NCBI GenBank assembly: GCA_964648855.1
Contig: CAZYLT010000001.1
Span: 60,001 to 92,000 of the forward strand
Direction of reading: 5' to 3'
Length of the DNA stretch: 32,000 bases
DNA from: an uncultured archaeon
Lineage (GTDB): Archaea; Asgardarchaeota; Thorarchaeia; Thorarchaeales; Thorarchaeaceae
Made by a program: the position numbers and the translations under genes
Notes under the pieces: generated by a model
What the model saw: the letters and a program-made list of their open reading frames with translations, nothing else
The model's database searches: none
Told to the model about the DNA's origin: nothing
In this document: piece after piece, positions 18,471-26,945 of the stretch
How positions within the stretch are numbered: the stretch's first letter is position 1
How the letters are laid out: every line of letters starts with the position of its first letter

Positions 18471-19835
18471 ATGGCAATGCGCACTAGAGGACCTCTTGAA
18501 GAGGATTTAGATAGAAAACCAAGAGCAGCAGTGTTTTGGGATGCTGAGAATGTTACGTTCAAAGATGAAAGAAGTATTGCTGAAGAGTTCAGAAAATGGA
18601 TAGAGGACAAATATACGCCAGATGCACTCTTGGCATTTGCAGATTGGAATGGTCCCTATAGAGACCAGGGTCGTTTGCTGTACCGAATTGGGTTTGACTT
18701 GATTCATGTCCCTGATGAACTGAAAGACAGCGCGGATTGTCAAATGGCAGCATATGCTGTAGATTGGCTTCTTCGTTCTCCTAGGACCAGCACGTATGTT
18801 CTAGCATCAGGCGATGCTGTGTTTGAACCATTGATTCTTGCCCTTCAGAAACAAGGCAAAGAGGTTGTCGTAATTAGCAATCCGCTGACTACCCGCCCTG
18901 AAACAATACTACGTGCAGATGATTATCGAGATATCGATTCATTCAGACCGACCATTCTGAAACTCGAAACTATAGAAGACGAGAAAGCGCAAAAAATGAC
19001 TCCCGAAAAGACACGAGATGTGGCTTTCAGGAGGCTACAGGAAGCTATTACGAAGCTTAAGAAGCTGGGAAGGAAGACCCCGAGGAAATACGTCAAAGCT
19101 GTTGCAGAACATCTCAACCCGGGCCTGAAGATGGGAGAAGAAGGATATGATACCTGGGATCAGATCATCAGCCAGGCCCTATCGGAGAGACTGGTAGGTT
19201 TGGAGGGAGACGAACCTTATGCACAATTAGTATTGACGAGGAAGGTCGCGAAAATCTCAGAAGATGAAACTGAGAGTCTCGATAAGATGATGCAAGAGTT
19301 CCGAGATATTGTTGAAGAAATGCATGAGAAAGGCGAACATACCGGAATGGAATCTGTGGTTCATAGAGTCCGAGAAGAGAACTTGGATTATACTCAACTC
19401 GGATACAATAAGTTTGGAGACTTCGCCAGAGCTGCAGAAAGCAGAGATCTCATTCGCATAGTTGAGCGGGATGATAGCCCACCGGCACTTAAGCCAGCGT
19501 ACACGTTTGATAAAATGCTCGAGTGGTATCAAAATAATACCCGGAAATTCTTTGGACAAGGTGCAAAGGTTCCGAGTGACAGATTCATCAAGCGAACACT
19601 CCGCATGCTCTACAAATATGATGCTAGCATCTCTGAAATGGAGGAATATCTCAGAGACCCAGATATTCGTGAGGTCTATAACCAAATTCTGAATGCCAGT
19701 GGGCTCTCGTTCATCCCTCCATACGAGCAGATACTCCTGTCAATTCTGTTGGGGAAGGGATGGGGCTGTGAGAGATCAATAGAAGTAGTCAATCAAGAAC
19801 TCTCACCTTTGGGCTATGAGATAGAGTGTCCCTAG
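18471..19835 (+). CDS. NYN-domain ribonuclease with OST-HTH/LOTUS domains (MARF1/limkain-b1-like architecture)
   Basis: VFWDAEN, KDSADCQM and LASGDAVF are NYN motifs. Two LOTUS-like segments (EEGYDTWDQII; YTQLGYNKFGDFARAA). Confidence 0.85.
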   Translation: MAMRTRGPLEEDLDRKPRAAVFWDAENVTFKDERSIAEEFRKWIEDKYTPDALLAFADWNGPYRDQGRLLYRIGFDLIHVPDELKDSADCQMAAYAVDWLLRSPRTSTYVLASGDAVFEPLILALQKQGKEVVVISNPLTTRPETILRADDYRDIDSFRPTILKLETIEDEKAQKMTPEKTRDVAFRRLQEAITKLKKLGRKTPRKYVKAVAEHLNPGLKMGEEGYDTWDQIISQALSERLVGLEGDEPYAQLVLTRKVAKISEDETESLDKMMQEFRDIVEEMHEKGEHTGMESVVHRVREENLDYTQLGYNKFGDFARAAESRDLIRIVERDDSPPALKPAYTFDKMLEWYQNNTRKFFGQGAKVPSDRFIKRTLRMLYKYDASISEMEEYLRDPDIREVYNQILNASGLSFIPPYEQILLSILLGKGWGCERSIEVVNQELSPLGYEIECP

Positions 19836-19979
19836 CACTATCCAAGCTTTCAACTAGAAAATAGAACTGCATGGCATCCTCGGACTCTGAATCAACTAAT
19901 ACGAAAACCTTCACCGTGCCAGAAAATTACGGGAAACTTATGGGACAATATTCATTACAGAGGGTATTTTTCTCCGAGA

Positions 19980-21623
19980 ATGACTGTCATGCAAGGTATC
20001 ATTGACGTAGTGAATGTCATCGGTGGCCTTGCTCTATTCATGTTTGCCATTCGGATGCTTAGAGAAACACTCGGGAAAATATCCGGAGCAGCTGTCGCGC
20101 GAGTTCTTGAGAAGGTCAGCAACAACCCAATCAAGGGAATGGGCGCTGGAGCTGCAGCGACCTTTATGACCCAAAGCTCTAGCATCACGGTCTTAACGCT
20201 CATCGGATTTGTGAATGCTGGCGTCATGACATTCTCTCAATCCGTTAATGTGATGCTTGGGTCAGAAATAGGAACAACTCTGACAGCACAGTTAGTTGCT
20301 TTTGATATTGGTATTTTCTATTGGCCTTTGCTCACTATCGGATTTTTTGGGGATATGTTTTCTCGCAATGAGAAAGTGAAATTAACGTGCAAAGTCATTT
20401 TCAGCCTTGGTTTAATCTTCTTGGCGATGGAGTTTATGAAAGCGGGGGCCAGACCTCTCGGAGAGAGTGCCTTTTTTGTTGATATAATTAACAGCTATGG
20501 AGCCTTTCCAATAATTGGCATACTCATAGGCACAGCCATTGCAGGAATCACGCAAAGCAGCTCAGCTACCACAAGTTTGGTTATCGCACTCGGTGGAGTG
20601 GGAATAATAGGACTGAATTCAGGTATAGCACTCATAATGGGCGCAAATATTGGGACCTGCTTTCTCGAATTGTTTGCTGGAGTTGGGGCTACCACTCCGG
20701 CAAAAAGGACAGCCATTGCTCAGACACTAATCAACATTATTGGAGTTTTAGTCTTCTATCCATTCATTGCACCCTTCGCGGATTTGGTGAGAATGACCTC
20801 CATCGATATCCCAAGGCAAATAGCTAACGCCCATACAATCTTCAATGTAATGGTGAGCCTCATTTTTGTCCCGTTCGTCGGAGTACTTGTTCGATTCTGT
20901 GAATGGCTCATACCAGACAAGGAAGGCGAACAGATTGGGCGTCGTTTCTTTGATGACCAGATGCTTAATCTCCCACAGGCCGCGCTTCTAGAAGCTGAGA
21001 GAGAAGTCACCAAGACAAGCGAAACAACCCTCAAGATGATTGAGATTTCGCAGATAGCGCTGTTGGAAGGAAATATTGACTTAGCGCACCAAGTGATAAA
21101 ACTCGAGGATGAGGTTGACGATAGTTGCCGCATGACAGAGGACTTCATAGATAGAATCAGGGGAGAGGAGCTATCTGAGGAACAAAGAATCTGGCGTCAT
21201 AAACTTCTTCGTATTATAACTGACATTGAAAGGGTAGGAGACTTGGCTCAAAACATAGCGGAATTTGCAGCTGAGCGTCTAACGAATGGTATAACGTTCT
21301 CAGATCAAGGTACCGAACAAATTCGGGAAATGTTCATTCTAGTTCAGGATACCTATGAGATGGCTATCCGAGCCCTGAAAACAAAGCACCAGGGATCAGC
21401 GAAAAGAGCAATCCAGATGGAGGATGAAGTTGACCTCTTGGAGAGAAAACTTCGTGATGCCCATAATAAGAGAATGAGGGAAGGAACGTGTATGGCTGAA
21501 GCAGATACTGTCTTCACCGAAACACTTCGAAATCTGGAAAGAATTAGCGACCATGCAGATAATATTGCCCTCGACGTTCTGAATATGCAAATGGATGATT
21601 ATTTGGAGATTTTACAGAGCTGA
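19980..21623 (+). CDS. Na+/Pi cotransporter family protein with C-terminal PhoU-like domains
   Basis: Two QSSS repeats, GSEIGTT and GANIGT motifs, RQIANAHTIFN, and PhoU-type DIERVGDLAQNI and NLERISDHADNI. Confidence 0.93.
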   Translation: MTVMQGIIDVVNVIGGLALFMFAIRMLRETLGKISGAAVARVLEKVSNNPIKGMGAGAAATFMTQSSSITVLTLIGFVNAGVMTFSQSVNVMLGSEIGTTLTAQLVAFDIGIFYWPLLTIGFFGDMFSRNEKVKLTCKVIFSLGLIFLAMEFMKAGARPLGESAFFVDIINSYGAFPIIGILIGTAIAGITQSSSATTSLVIALGGVGIIGLNSGIALIMGANIGTCFLELFAGVGATTPAKRTAIAQTLINIIGVLVFYPFIAPFADLVRMTSIDIPRQIANAHTIFNVMVSLIFVPFVGVLVRFCEWLIPDKEGEQIGRRFFDDQMLNLPQAALLEAEREVTKTSETTLKMIEISQIALLEGNIDLAHQVIKLEDEVDDSCRMTEDFIDRIRGEELSEEQRIWRHKLLRIITDIERVGDLAQNIAEFAAERLTNGITFSDQGTEQIREMFILVQDTYEMAIRALKTKHQGSAKRAIQMEDEVDLLERKLRDAHNKRMREGTCMAEADTVFTETLRNLERISDHADNIALDVLNMQMDDYLEILQS

Positions 21624-21768
21624 CTCGATTGTCAAAATGGACCAAGTCGACCAGTTCTATTGCGTGATTTGGGCGACAGAGGATTAATTAGACGCTTTGT
21701 AGCTAGCGTGTAGTGATGAAACTTGCTTGATGGTAAGGAACTGACCTTCCCAGAAAGAAAGAGTTGTA

Positions 21769-21817
21769 GAAATTGCTACGGCTGCCAAAAGGTTGCCATA
21801 GCAGTTTCACTTTTTTT
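21769..21817. terminator. Hairpin flanked by T-rich tracts between convergent genes (possible bidirectional terminator)
   Basis: GAAA-TTGCTACGGC...GCCATAGCAG-TTTC stem (21769-21808). T7 at 21811-21817 on +, and CTCTTTCTTTCT downstream on -. Confidence 0.5.
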
Positions 21818-21908
21818 CGTTTTATAGATTCATAATCCCATCATTGCGTAATTTGCCCTGTGCTCACGCCGCTTTATTGACATATTTAGTACTCCACCCA
21901 TATTGGCC

Positions 21909-22190
21909 CTATCGCGCATACCCTTCCTGCATTGAATAGAATACGAATGAAGCAGAAATTATCGCCAAGCTGAGCGAAAACATTCCTGAAATGATGATGG
22001 AAACCGCCTGAAAAACAACGACAGAAACTTCCACTAAGGGAACTAGCCATAGATACATAAGAATTCCACTCAATACCACATAGTTTGTTGTAATCCACAA
22101 TGCTACAGAAATAATCCCGAATATCCCCGCTAAAGCCAGATGAGCAAAGGAGATGAAGGGAGTACTTCCATGATTGCTTGCTAGGGCCAT
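21909..22190 (-). CDS. Small hypothetical membrane protein (about 3 TM)
   Basis: 93-aa ATG ORF, strongly hydrophobic, filling an otherwise empty gap. No family recognised. Confidence 0.5.
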   Translation of the reverse strand: MALASNHGSTPFISFAHLALAGIFGIISVALWITTNYVVLSGILMYLWLVPLVEVSVVVFQAVSIIISGMFSLSLAIISASFVFYSMQEGYAR

Positions 22191-22335
22191 ATTGCATTTA
22201 GGATTTTAGGACGCATTGTGGGCTTTGTTCTCGGTAATCAGATGGTCAATATATGCTTTCTATCCAAGTCTGCCATAGCTCAGGAATGTATATAATTAGC
22301 AAGAATCTCCCCCGTCTAAAGGGGAATCTACAAGA

Positions 22336-24906
22336 ATGCACCGCCACAAGTTCATTATAGTACTTTTCATGTTCATTTTCATCTCACCGTGTATAATGCG
22401 GCCAGATGGATTAACTGTAATTGAAGATGCTGATCCGTCACCCATTAGTGTGGTGTCGGACCTTCCATCAGGAACAGATTTGAGCAGGGTTCAATGGAAA
22501 ACTGATCATAATCCCAATCATGGTCTAGAGGACTGGACTAGTGTACACGATCCAGACCATCTATACAACTATCGAACAACAGAGCAATACACATGGTATG
22601 CTGATACTCCATGGCCAGTAAACGAAGGCAGTAGGTCAATGGGCTTCCAAGCTAGAGCCATAGACCCGCTTCATCCAAGTGAACCAGAAGTTAAGCAGAG
22701 TTCCCAATCATCAGAGTTCAATCCAGTCAATCTCACTCTAAATTTTGATTATTATATAGACCAGAATGAAAATCCGGCCGATACAGATTACGTATATCTA
22801 CATCTCAGGTTGAGCTCTTTCGGAGATAGACATCTCTATTACTATCTAAGTGGAACCGATTCATCCAAACAGAACTCGTCATATTATGCGTATTTCGAGC
22901 TCGAACAAACAGAAGGCATATGGCACGATTTTGACAGGAACATCACTGAAGATTACTTTGAAGCATTCTCAATGTATCCTGCTGAGTATGAATACATGGA
23001 ATTCATCATGCATGCAGAAACAACATCTTATGTACGAGCATTCCTTGACGATGTAAACCTAGTAAACGGGACAAACCAAATTGTATCTGGATCAACGAAA
23101 AATGGCAATTTTGAGGGGGGCGGATTTTGGTACATCGTCAATCGTGACCCCACGGATATAGCCCGAACCACAACTAGGAAGGAAGAGGATTATGCGCTGA
23201 ATATGACTGCCATCTCTAACGGTAACCGAAGCCAAGGTCGTTGGTCATTTGGTCCAGATATCCGTCTCACTGAAAATAACAAGGACCAATTCCGATTCTG
23301 GTGGAGAATCAACGAATACGTGGGCGCATCTAACTACACCCATGCCTATATCAGTGTGCAATGTTCCAATGCCACTCATGAGTTCTACCTCTACTACGTT
23401 TTAGCAAGCGGGTTGGAATCGCCATTGGAGAGTCTTTCAGGCATTATAGAAATCCAACCTAGCGGGTTTAATACAACTGACACATGGACATACTTCAATC
23501 GTAGCATATGGGACGATGTTACTGCGTATAATCAGACCAGTGAGGTTGTTGTCGAAGATATAGATGTTCGGATATTCGCCCAACATAGGTTTTCCCGCCT
23601 ATCAGTTCTTTTCGATGAAATGGTCCTAGAATCCTCGTCCTTGAACGACATGGGTTATGAAGACCAAGGGGAGGTAGGAGAAGAAATCAGGGCGTGGGGT
23701 CTTCCAGGGGAGGAGGCCGCGTTCACCGTTACGGATGATGCATTCAATGGAAACAAGGCCGCCAATCTGACAATCAGCAACGGAGATTCATTCTATGTTA
23801 ATCAGGAAATAGCCAATCGCCCGCTAGATGCTTCAACCGAAACCTATCTGGAAATGACCTGGAAGCTCAACGAGTTCTCATCACAGGCTGATGAAATATT
23901 TGCCTTGACAATCTCATTAGAGGACAACAATGACCTGATCTACATCTTTGCAAATGAAACCAGCCCAAATGGAGAGTGGGACGATGACTATATGATGGTT
24001 CCCAATGCAAATGTCGTTGGTCAATGGCACACACTACACAGAAATATCGTAGCTGACTATGAAACCGTCTTCGGCACAACCCCCGACACTGCATTTTCAT
24101 ACATCTACATCGAAGTGTCAACAGAATCCGGGGGAAGACTTGAGATTCTCTTTGATGATGTCTATATGTATGATGACATAGCCCCCGAAATTTCCAATGT
24201 CGAGTACACGCCAGTAGTGCCAGAGTATGATGATGTCGTGACCGTGAATGCTAGCGTTTTTGACCCGAGCTTGTATACTGTACTGCTCCACTATCGGGTT
24301 GATTCTGGTGATTGGACCATACTCACAATGACATCGTCAGATGATGTGTTCTCAACCCAGATTCCTGGTCAAGTATATGATAGTACCGTTGAATTCTATG
24401 TGTCGGCAAACGATACATTTGGCAAGACAAGTACCGGGCTCAATGAATCAGCCTACTTCCAATATACTGTTGTTGACACTACTGCCCCAACTCTGCAGTT
24501 TGTTACTCCCACGGATTCTGCCACTGTAAGCGGCACTGTGGAAATCAATGCAACAGCGATAGACGAAGGTAGTGGACTTACAGTACTGGTTGTCTTGCTC
24601 GATAGTGAGCAGCTCTTTAACTCGACATCTTCTCCCGAAGTGTTCGATTGGGACACCACTACGGTGGTGAATGGTGACCATACGCTTGAGTTGATAGCAC
24701 ATGATGCTGCGGGCAACTCAGATAGTGTTGAGATAACAGTCACAGTGGAGAATGAAGCAACTCCGACCACAACTACTACTACGACCACTACAGATACGAC
24801 ACCACCGCCTCTCGATGTAGGGGCAATATTGCTAGCCGTGGCTGTGATAGCAGCGATTGCAGTGATTGTATTGTATCTTGTAGTGCTCAAACCACGTAAG
24901 ACATGA
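22336..24906 (+). CDS. Cell-surface glycoprotein: three repeated beta-sandwich (DUF3047/CBM-like) domains, Ig-like domains, Thr-rich linker, C-terminal TM
   Basis: Signal peptide; repeats WHDFDRNITEDY, WTYFNRSIWDDV and WHTLHRNIVADY; DTTAP...WDTT...AHDAAGN Big-like domain; poly-Thr; TM plus KPRK; many NxS/T sequons. Confidence 0.8.
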   Translation: MHRHKFIIVLFMFIFISPCIMRPDGLTVIEDADPSPISVVSDLPSGTDLSRVQWKTDHNPNHGLEDWTSVHDPDHLYNYRTTEQYTWYADTPWPVNEGSRSMGFQARAIDPLHPSEPEVKQSSQSSEFNPVNLTLNFDYYIDQNENPADTDYVYLHLRLSSFGDRHLYYYLSGTDSSKQNSSYYAYFELEQTEGIWHDFDRNITEDYFEAFSMYPAEYEYMEFIMHAETTSYVRAFLDDVNLVNGTNQIVSGSTKNGNFEGGGFWYIVNRDPTDIARTTTRKEEDYALNMTAISNGNRSQGRWSFGPDIRLTENNKDQFRFWWRINEYVGASNYTHAYISVQCSNATHEFYLYYVLASGLESPLESLSGIIEIQPSGFNTTDTWTYFNRSIWDDVTAYNQTSEVVVEDIDVRIFAQHRFSRLSVLFDEMVLESSSLNDMGYEDQGEVGEEIRAWGLPGEEAAFTVTDDAFNGNKAANLTISNGDSFYVNQEIANRPLDASTETYLEMTWKLNEFSSQADEIFALTISLEDNNDLIYIFANETSPNGEWDDDYMMVPNANVVGQWHTLHRNIVADYETVFGTTPDTAFSYIYIEVSTESGGRLEILFDDVYMYDDIAPEISNVEYTPVVPEYDDVVTVNASVFDPSLYTVLLHYRVDSGDWTILTMTSSDDVFSTQIPGQVYDSTVEFYVSANDTFGKTSTGLNESAYFQYTVVDTTAPTLQFVTPTDSATVSGTVEINATAIDEGSGLTVLVVLLDSEQLFNSTSSPEVFDWDTTTVVNGDHTLELIAHDAAGNSDSVEITVTVENEATPTTTTTTTTTDTTPPPLDVGAILLAVAVIAAIAVIVLYLVVLKPRKT

Positions 24907-24915
24907 ACACCGAAC

Positions 24916-24973
24916 AGGGATAGCCCAGAGATTTGGAAAGAAATCCTTGGGCATCTCTCTTTCTCTCTTTTCT
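24916..24973 (+). terminator. Hairpin plus pyrimidine tract after the surface protein gene
   Basis: GCCCAGAGATTT/AAATCCTTGGGC stem extended by AGGGAT/ATCTCT, then TTCTCTCTTTTCT. Confidence 0.6.
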
Positions 24974-25167
24974 ATGCTGATACGGCCACGCCACCAAAAT
25001 AGTCACACGTCTTTCGGAGACTGATAGGGCCTTGAGGTTTTATCAGAATAGTCGATCTCCTCAAAAACTGTAACAAGCGATGTCTTAGCAGTTAAGGGCG
25101 GTTGCTAGAGAAGATTGTCCATTCTGAAGAGGATAGTAGATACAATCTAAAATCGGTGAGAAGGAGG

Positions 25168-25253
25168 TAGGGCCCGCCCCAGAAGAAAGAGTTGTAGGTT
25201 ATTCGCGTGGTTAGGAGGGGGAGATTTGATCTACGTCTCTGGAACAGACCCTA
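25168..25253 (-). ncRNA. Candidate small non-coding RNA closed by a 17-bp terminal stem
   Basis: Minus-strand UAGGGUCUGUUCCAGAG (25253-25237) pairs with UUCUGGGGCGGGCCCUA (25184-25168) in 17 consecutive pairs, 5 of them G-U. TTATAAAA box at 25281-25274, starting 28 nt upstream. Confidence 0.45.
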
Positions 25254-25373
25254 GGTATATTCGATGATTTTGATTTTATAATACTATGTCTTTATGCATA
25301 AATGACCCATTGAGAAAAGAAGGTATAATCTGGGACTCGATTGAAGCTCTGTACACGCGGTCGCAAGAAGACT

Positions 25374-25877
25374 TCACTGCTTCGTAATCCGGGTCTTGTC
25401 GAAGCGGCTGATTTTCCGTTCCAGTGCCTTTACATACGGTTCCAGATGGCTTGCTGCACCCTCAAGAATCTCTGAGGGGCACTCTGATAGCTTTCTAGCC
25501 ATGGCGGTAATCTCTACCTGAGAAAGGTATGATGCAATTGGGCATTGGGACAAAAAGACCTCACCTGAGCCCGTCTGAAAGACCGGAAAGGCTCTGCATC
25601 TCAATGGACGCACCTCATATATCTCGCACTCTCCGTCAGTAAGATACGGACACGCCATATCATCGCCCCACTCAGTGATGAACACATCTTCAGATACTGA
25701 GATGAAGTGATTAGGATAGCCCATCTCCACAATGGCAGAAACCTCGTTCCCTGTCGCCACAGCACCGCCAAATTTGCAGCAGTGTGAGCCACATGACTTG
25801 CAGATGTCTAGCTCGTCATTTGAGGAGGTATCTACAGCTCCATAATCATCCTGTTCCTCGTTGACCATTACCATCAA
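25374..25877 (-). CDS. YkgJ family cysteine-cluster (CxxCxxCC) protein
   Basis: CKSCGSHCC, CPYL and CEIYEVRPLRCRAFP. Exact start uncertain. Confidence 0.88.
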   Translation of the reverse strand: MMVMVNEEQDDYGAVDTSSNDELDICKSCGSHCCKFGGAVATGNEVSAIVEMGYPNHFISVSEDVFITEWGDDMACPYLTDGECEIYEVRPLRCRAFPVFQTGSGEVFLSQCPIASYLSQVEITAMARKLSECPSEILEGAASHLEPYVKALERKISRFDKTRITKQ

Positions 25878-26012
25878 CGGTTAGGATGCTTCAGTTTCAT
25901 CAAAATAAGTCAGCGCTTCTGGCATACGTACGGAATATCATAGATTCAGGGTGGCTAGAGAGTAGTAGATAGTGTCCACTGATGTGAACCGTGGGAGGCC
26001 CGGTTACGGGCT

Positions 26013-26384
26013 CTAGTATCCCCACTCTTGTCCGAGGCGTTGTCGATACCAACGTCTTCCTTTCTTTGTGAGAGAATATGTGCCACCTATCTCGTTCAGA
26101 ATATTCATCTGGACCATATTCTGAATAACGCTGTATAGCTGAGAGTCTGATGCCCCAGTAGCATTCTTCAGAGATGCAAAGTCCATCTTCCCGTTTCGCT
26201 TGATTGTCTGAGCAATCTCAAACTTACCAACGGAACGACCATCATCGCGTACTATTAAGTGACCACAGTTCGTGCAAAGTAAATCCCCCTTGCTTTCGTC
26301 TCGGGCGACTTCGTTGCTACCGCAAATCGGACAGGTTCTCTTTGAGAATCTCAGTGAACTACGATTTGTCATGATTGCGACCAC
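26013..26384 (-). CDS. TFIIB-type Zn-ribbon fused to winged-helix domain
   Basis: CPICGSNEVARDESKGDLLCTNCGHLI is a TFB-type ribbon. It is followed by a wHTH (MDFASLKNATGAS...YSLTKKG). The start may be ATG 26372. Confidence 0.8.
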   Translation of the reverse strand: MVAIMTNRSSLRFSKRTCPICGSNEVARDESKGDLLCTNCGHLIVRDDGRSVGKFEIAQTIKRNGKMDFASLKNATGASDSQLYSVIQNMVQMNILNEIGGTYSLTKKGRRWYRQRLGQEWGY

Positions 26385-26438
26385 TTCTTCTCAATCGTGA
26401 GCCCTGATAAAACTAGCGAAGTGGATAATTCGTCTGGG

Positions 26439-26945
26439 CTATTCCGTTTCGTTGCTTAGGCTCCTGAAGAATTGATCATAGTCGATTTCGAAGGCGACCT
26501 TTTGTCCGGGGCGTACTCGGCCACCTTTTCCATCTAGTTCAACATAGCCCATATCAGCAAGTTCTTTCAAATCAGCTTTGACGCTTCTTTGGCTCTTCTT
26601 TCGAAACTTGGTTACTCGCTCTAATGATATCCACTCTCCCTCTTGATACGTGAGTGTGATAACAACCAAAAGCGTTGCAGCGAGCCTGTCCGGAAGGTGA
26701 CTGTCTTGTTCTGCTCCCTGAACTGCTTCATGAGTTTCCATGTAGAACGTATGTGTAAGGGGGTTATGGCGAATGACAAATCCAAAAGGCTGTAGAAGTT
26801 CATGCAGTTTTGCAAGGCGATTGAAGAGAATATGACGACCGTAGACTTCTGGTAAAGCCAACGCATCCAGTAAATCTTCAACAGACGCGCCAACAGTAGT
26901 CCCAGACTGTGTCAAACGGTTCACAAGAATGGCAAATTCGTTCAT
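26439..26945 (-). CDS. KITE family tandem winged-helix protein (Nse1/Nse3-MAGE/ScpB-like)
   Basis: Two WH-like halves (LHELLQPFGFVIR; ATLLVVITLTYQEGEWISLE...LKELADMGYVE...RPGQKVAFEID). ATG 26945 overlaps the upstream stop (ATGA). Position in the SMC operon supports the call. Confidence 0.7.
   Translation of the reverse strand: MNEFAILVNRLTQSGTTVGASVEDLLDALALPEVYGRHILFNRLAKLHELLQPFGFVIRHNPLTHTFYMETHEAVQGAEQDSHLPDRLAATLLVVITLTYQEGEWISLERVTKFRKKSQRSVKADLKELADMGYVELDGKGGRVRPGQKVAFEIDYDQFFRSLSNETE

Noticed and set aside
21713-21744. GTGATGA...CTGA, possible C/D box sRNA
   Set aside because: It spans only 32 nt from box C to box D, with no convincing D'/C' pair or full-length guides.
21763-21774. 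AATTTCTAC on the minus strand resembles the start of a Cas12a repeat; the two 20-bp repeats considered as a CRISPR
   Set aside because: It is only a 9-nt match, there is no regularly spaced array, the copies are 3.4 kb apart, and there are no cas genes.
21886-22197. Alternative 103-aa ORF overlapping the 93-aa membrane ORF
   Set aside because: It has a TTG start and a Cys/Ser-rich, non-protein-like composition. The 93-aa frame is more plausible.
24762-24808. ACN-rich short tandem repeat
   Set aside because: It is explained by the Thr-rich linker codons of the surface protein.
18258-25260. Genomic island integrated at tRNA-Ala
   Set aside because: I found no duplicate of the tRNA 3' end downstream and no integrase. 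The following genes look like ordinary chromosomal genes.
24975-25260. SRP RNA or RNase P RNA
   Set aside because: The conserved SRP helix-8 motif and the RNase P GAGGAAAGUCC/P4 motifs were not found on either strand.
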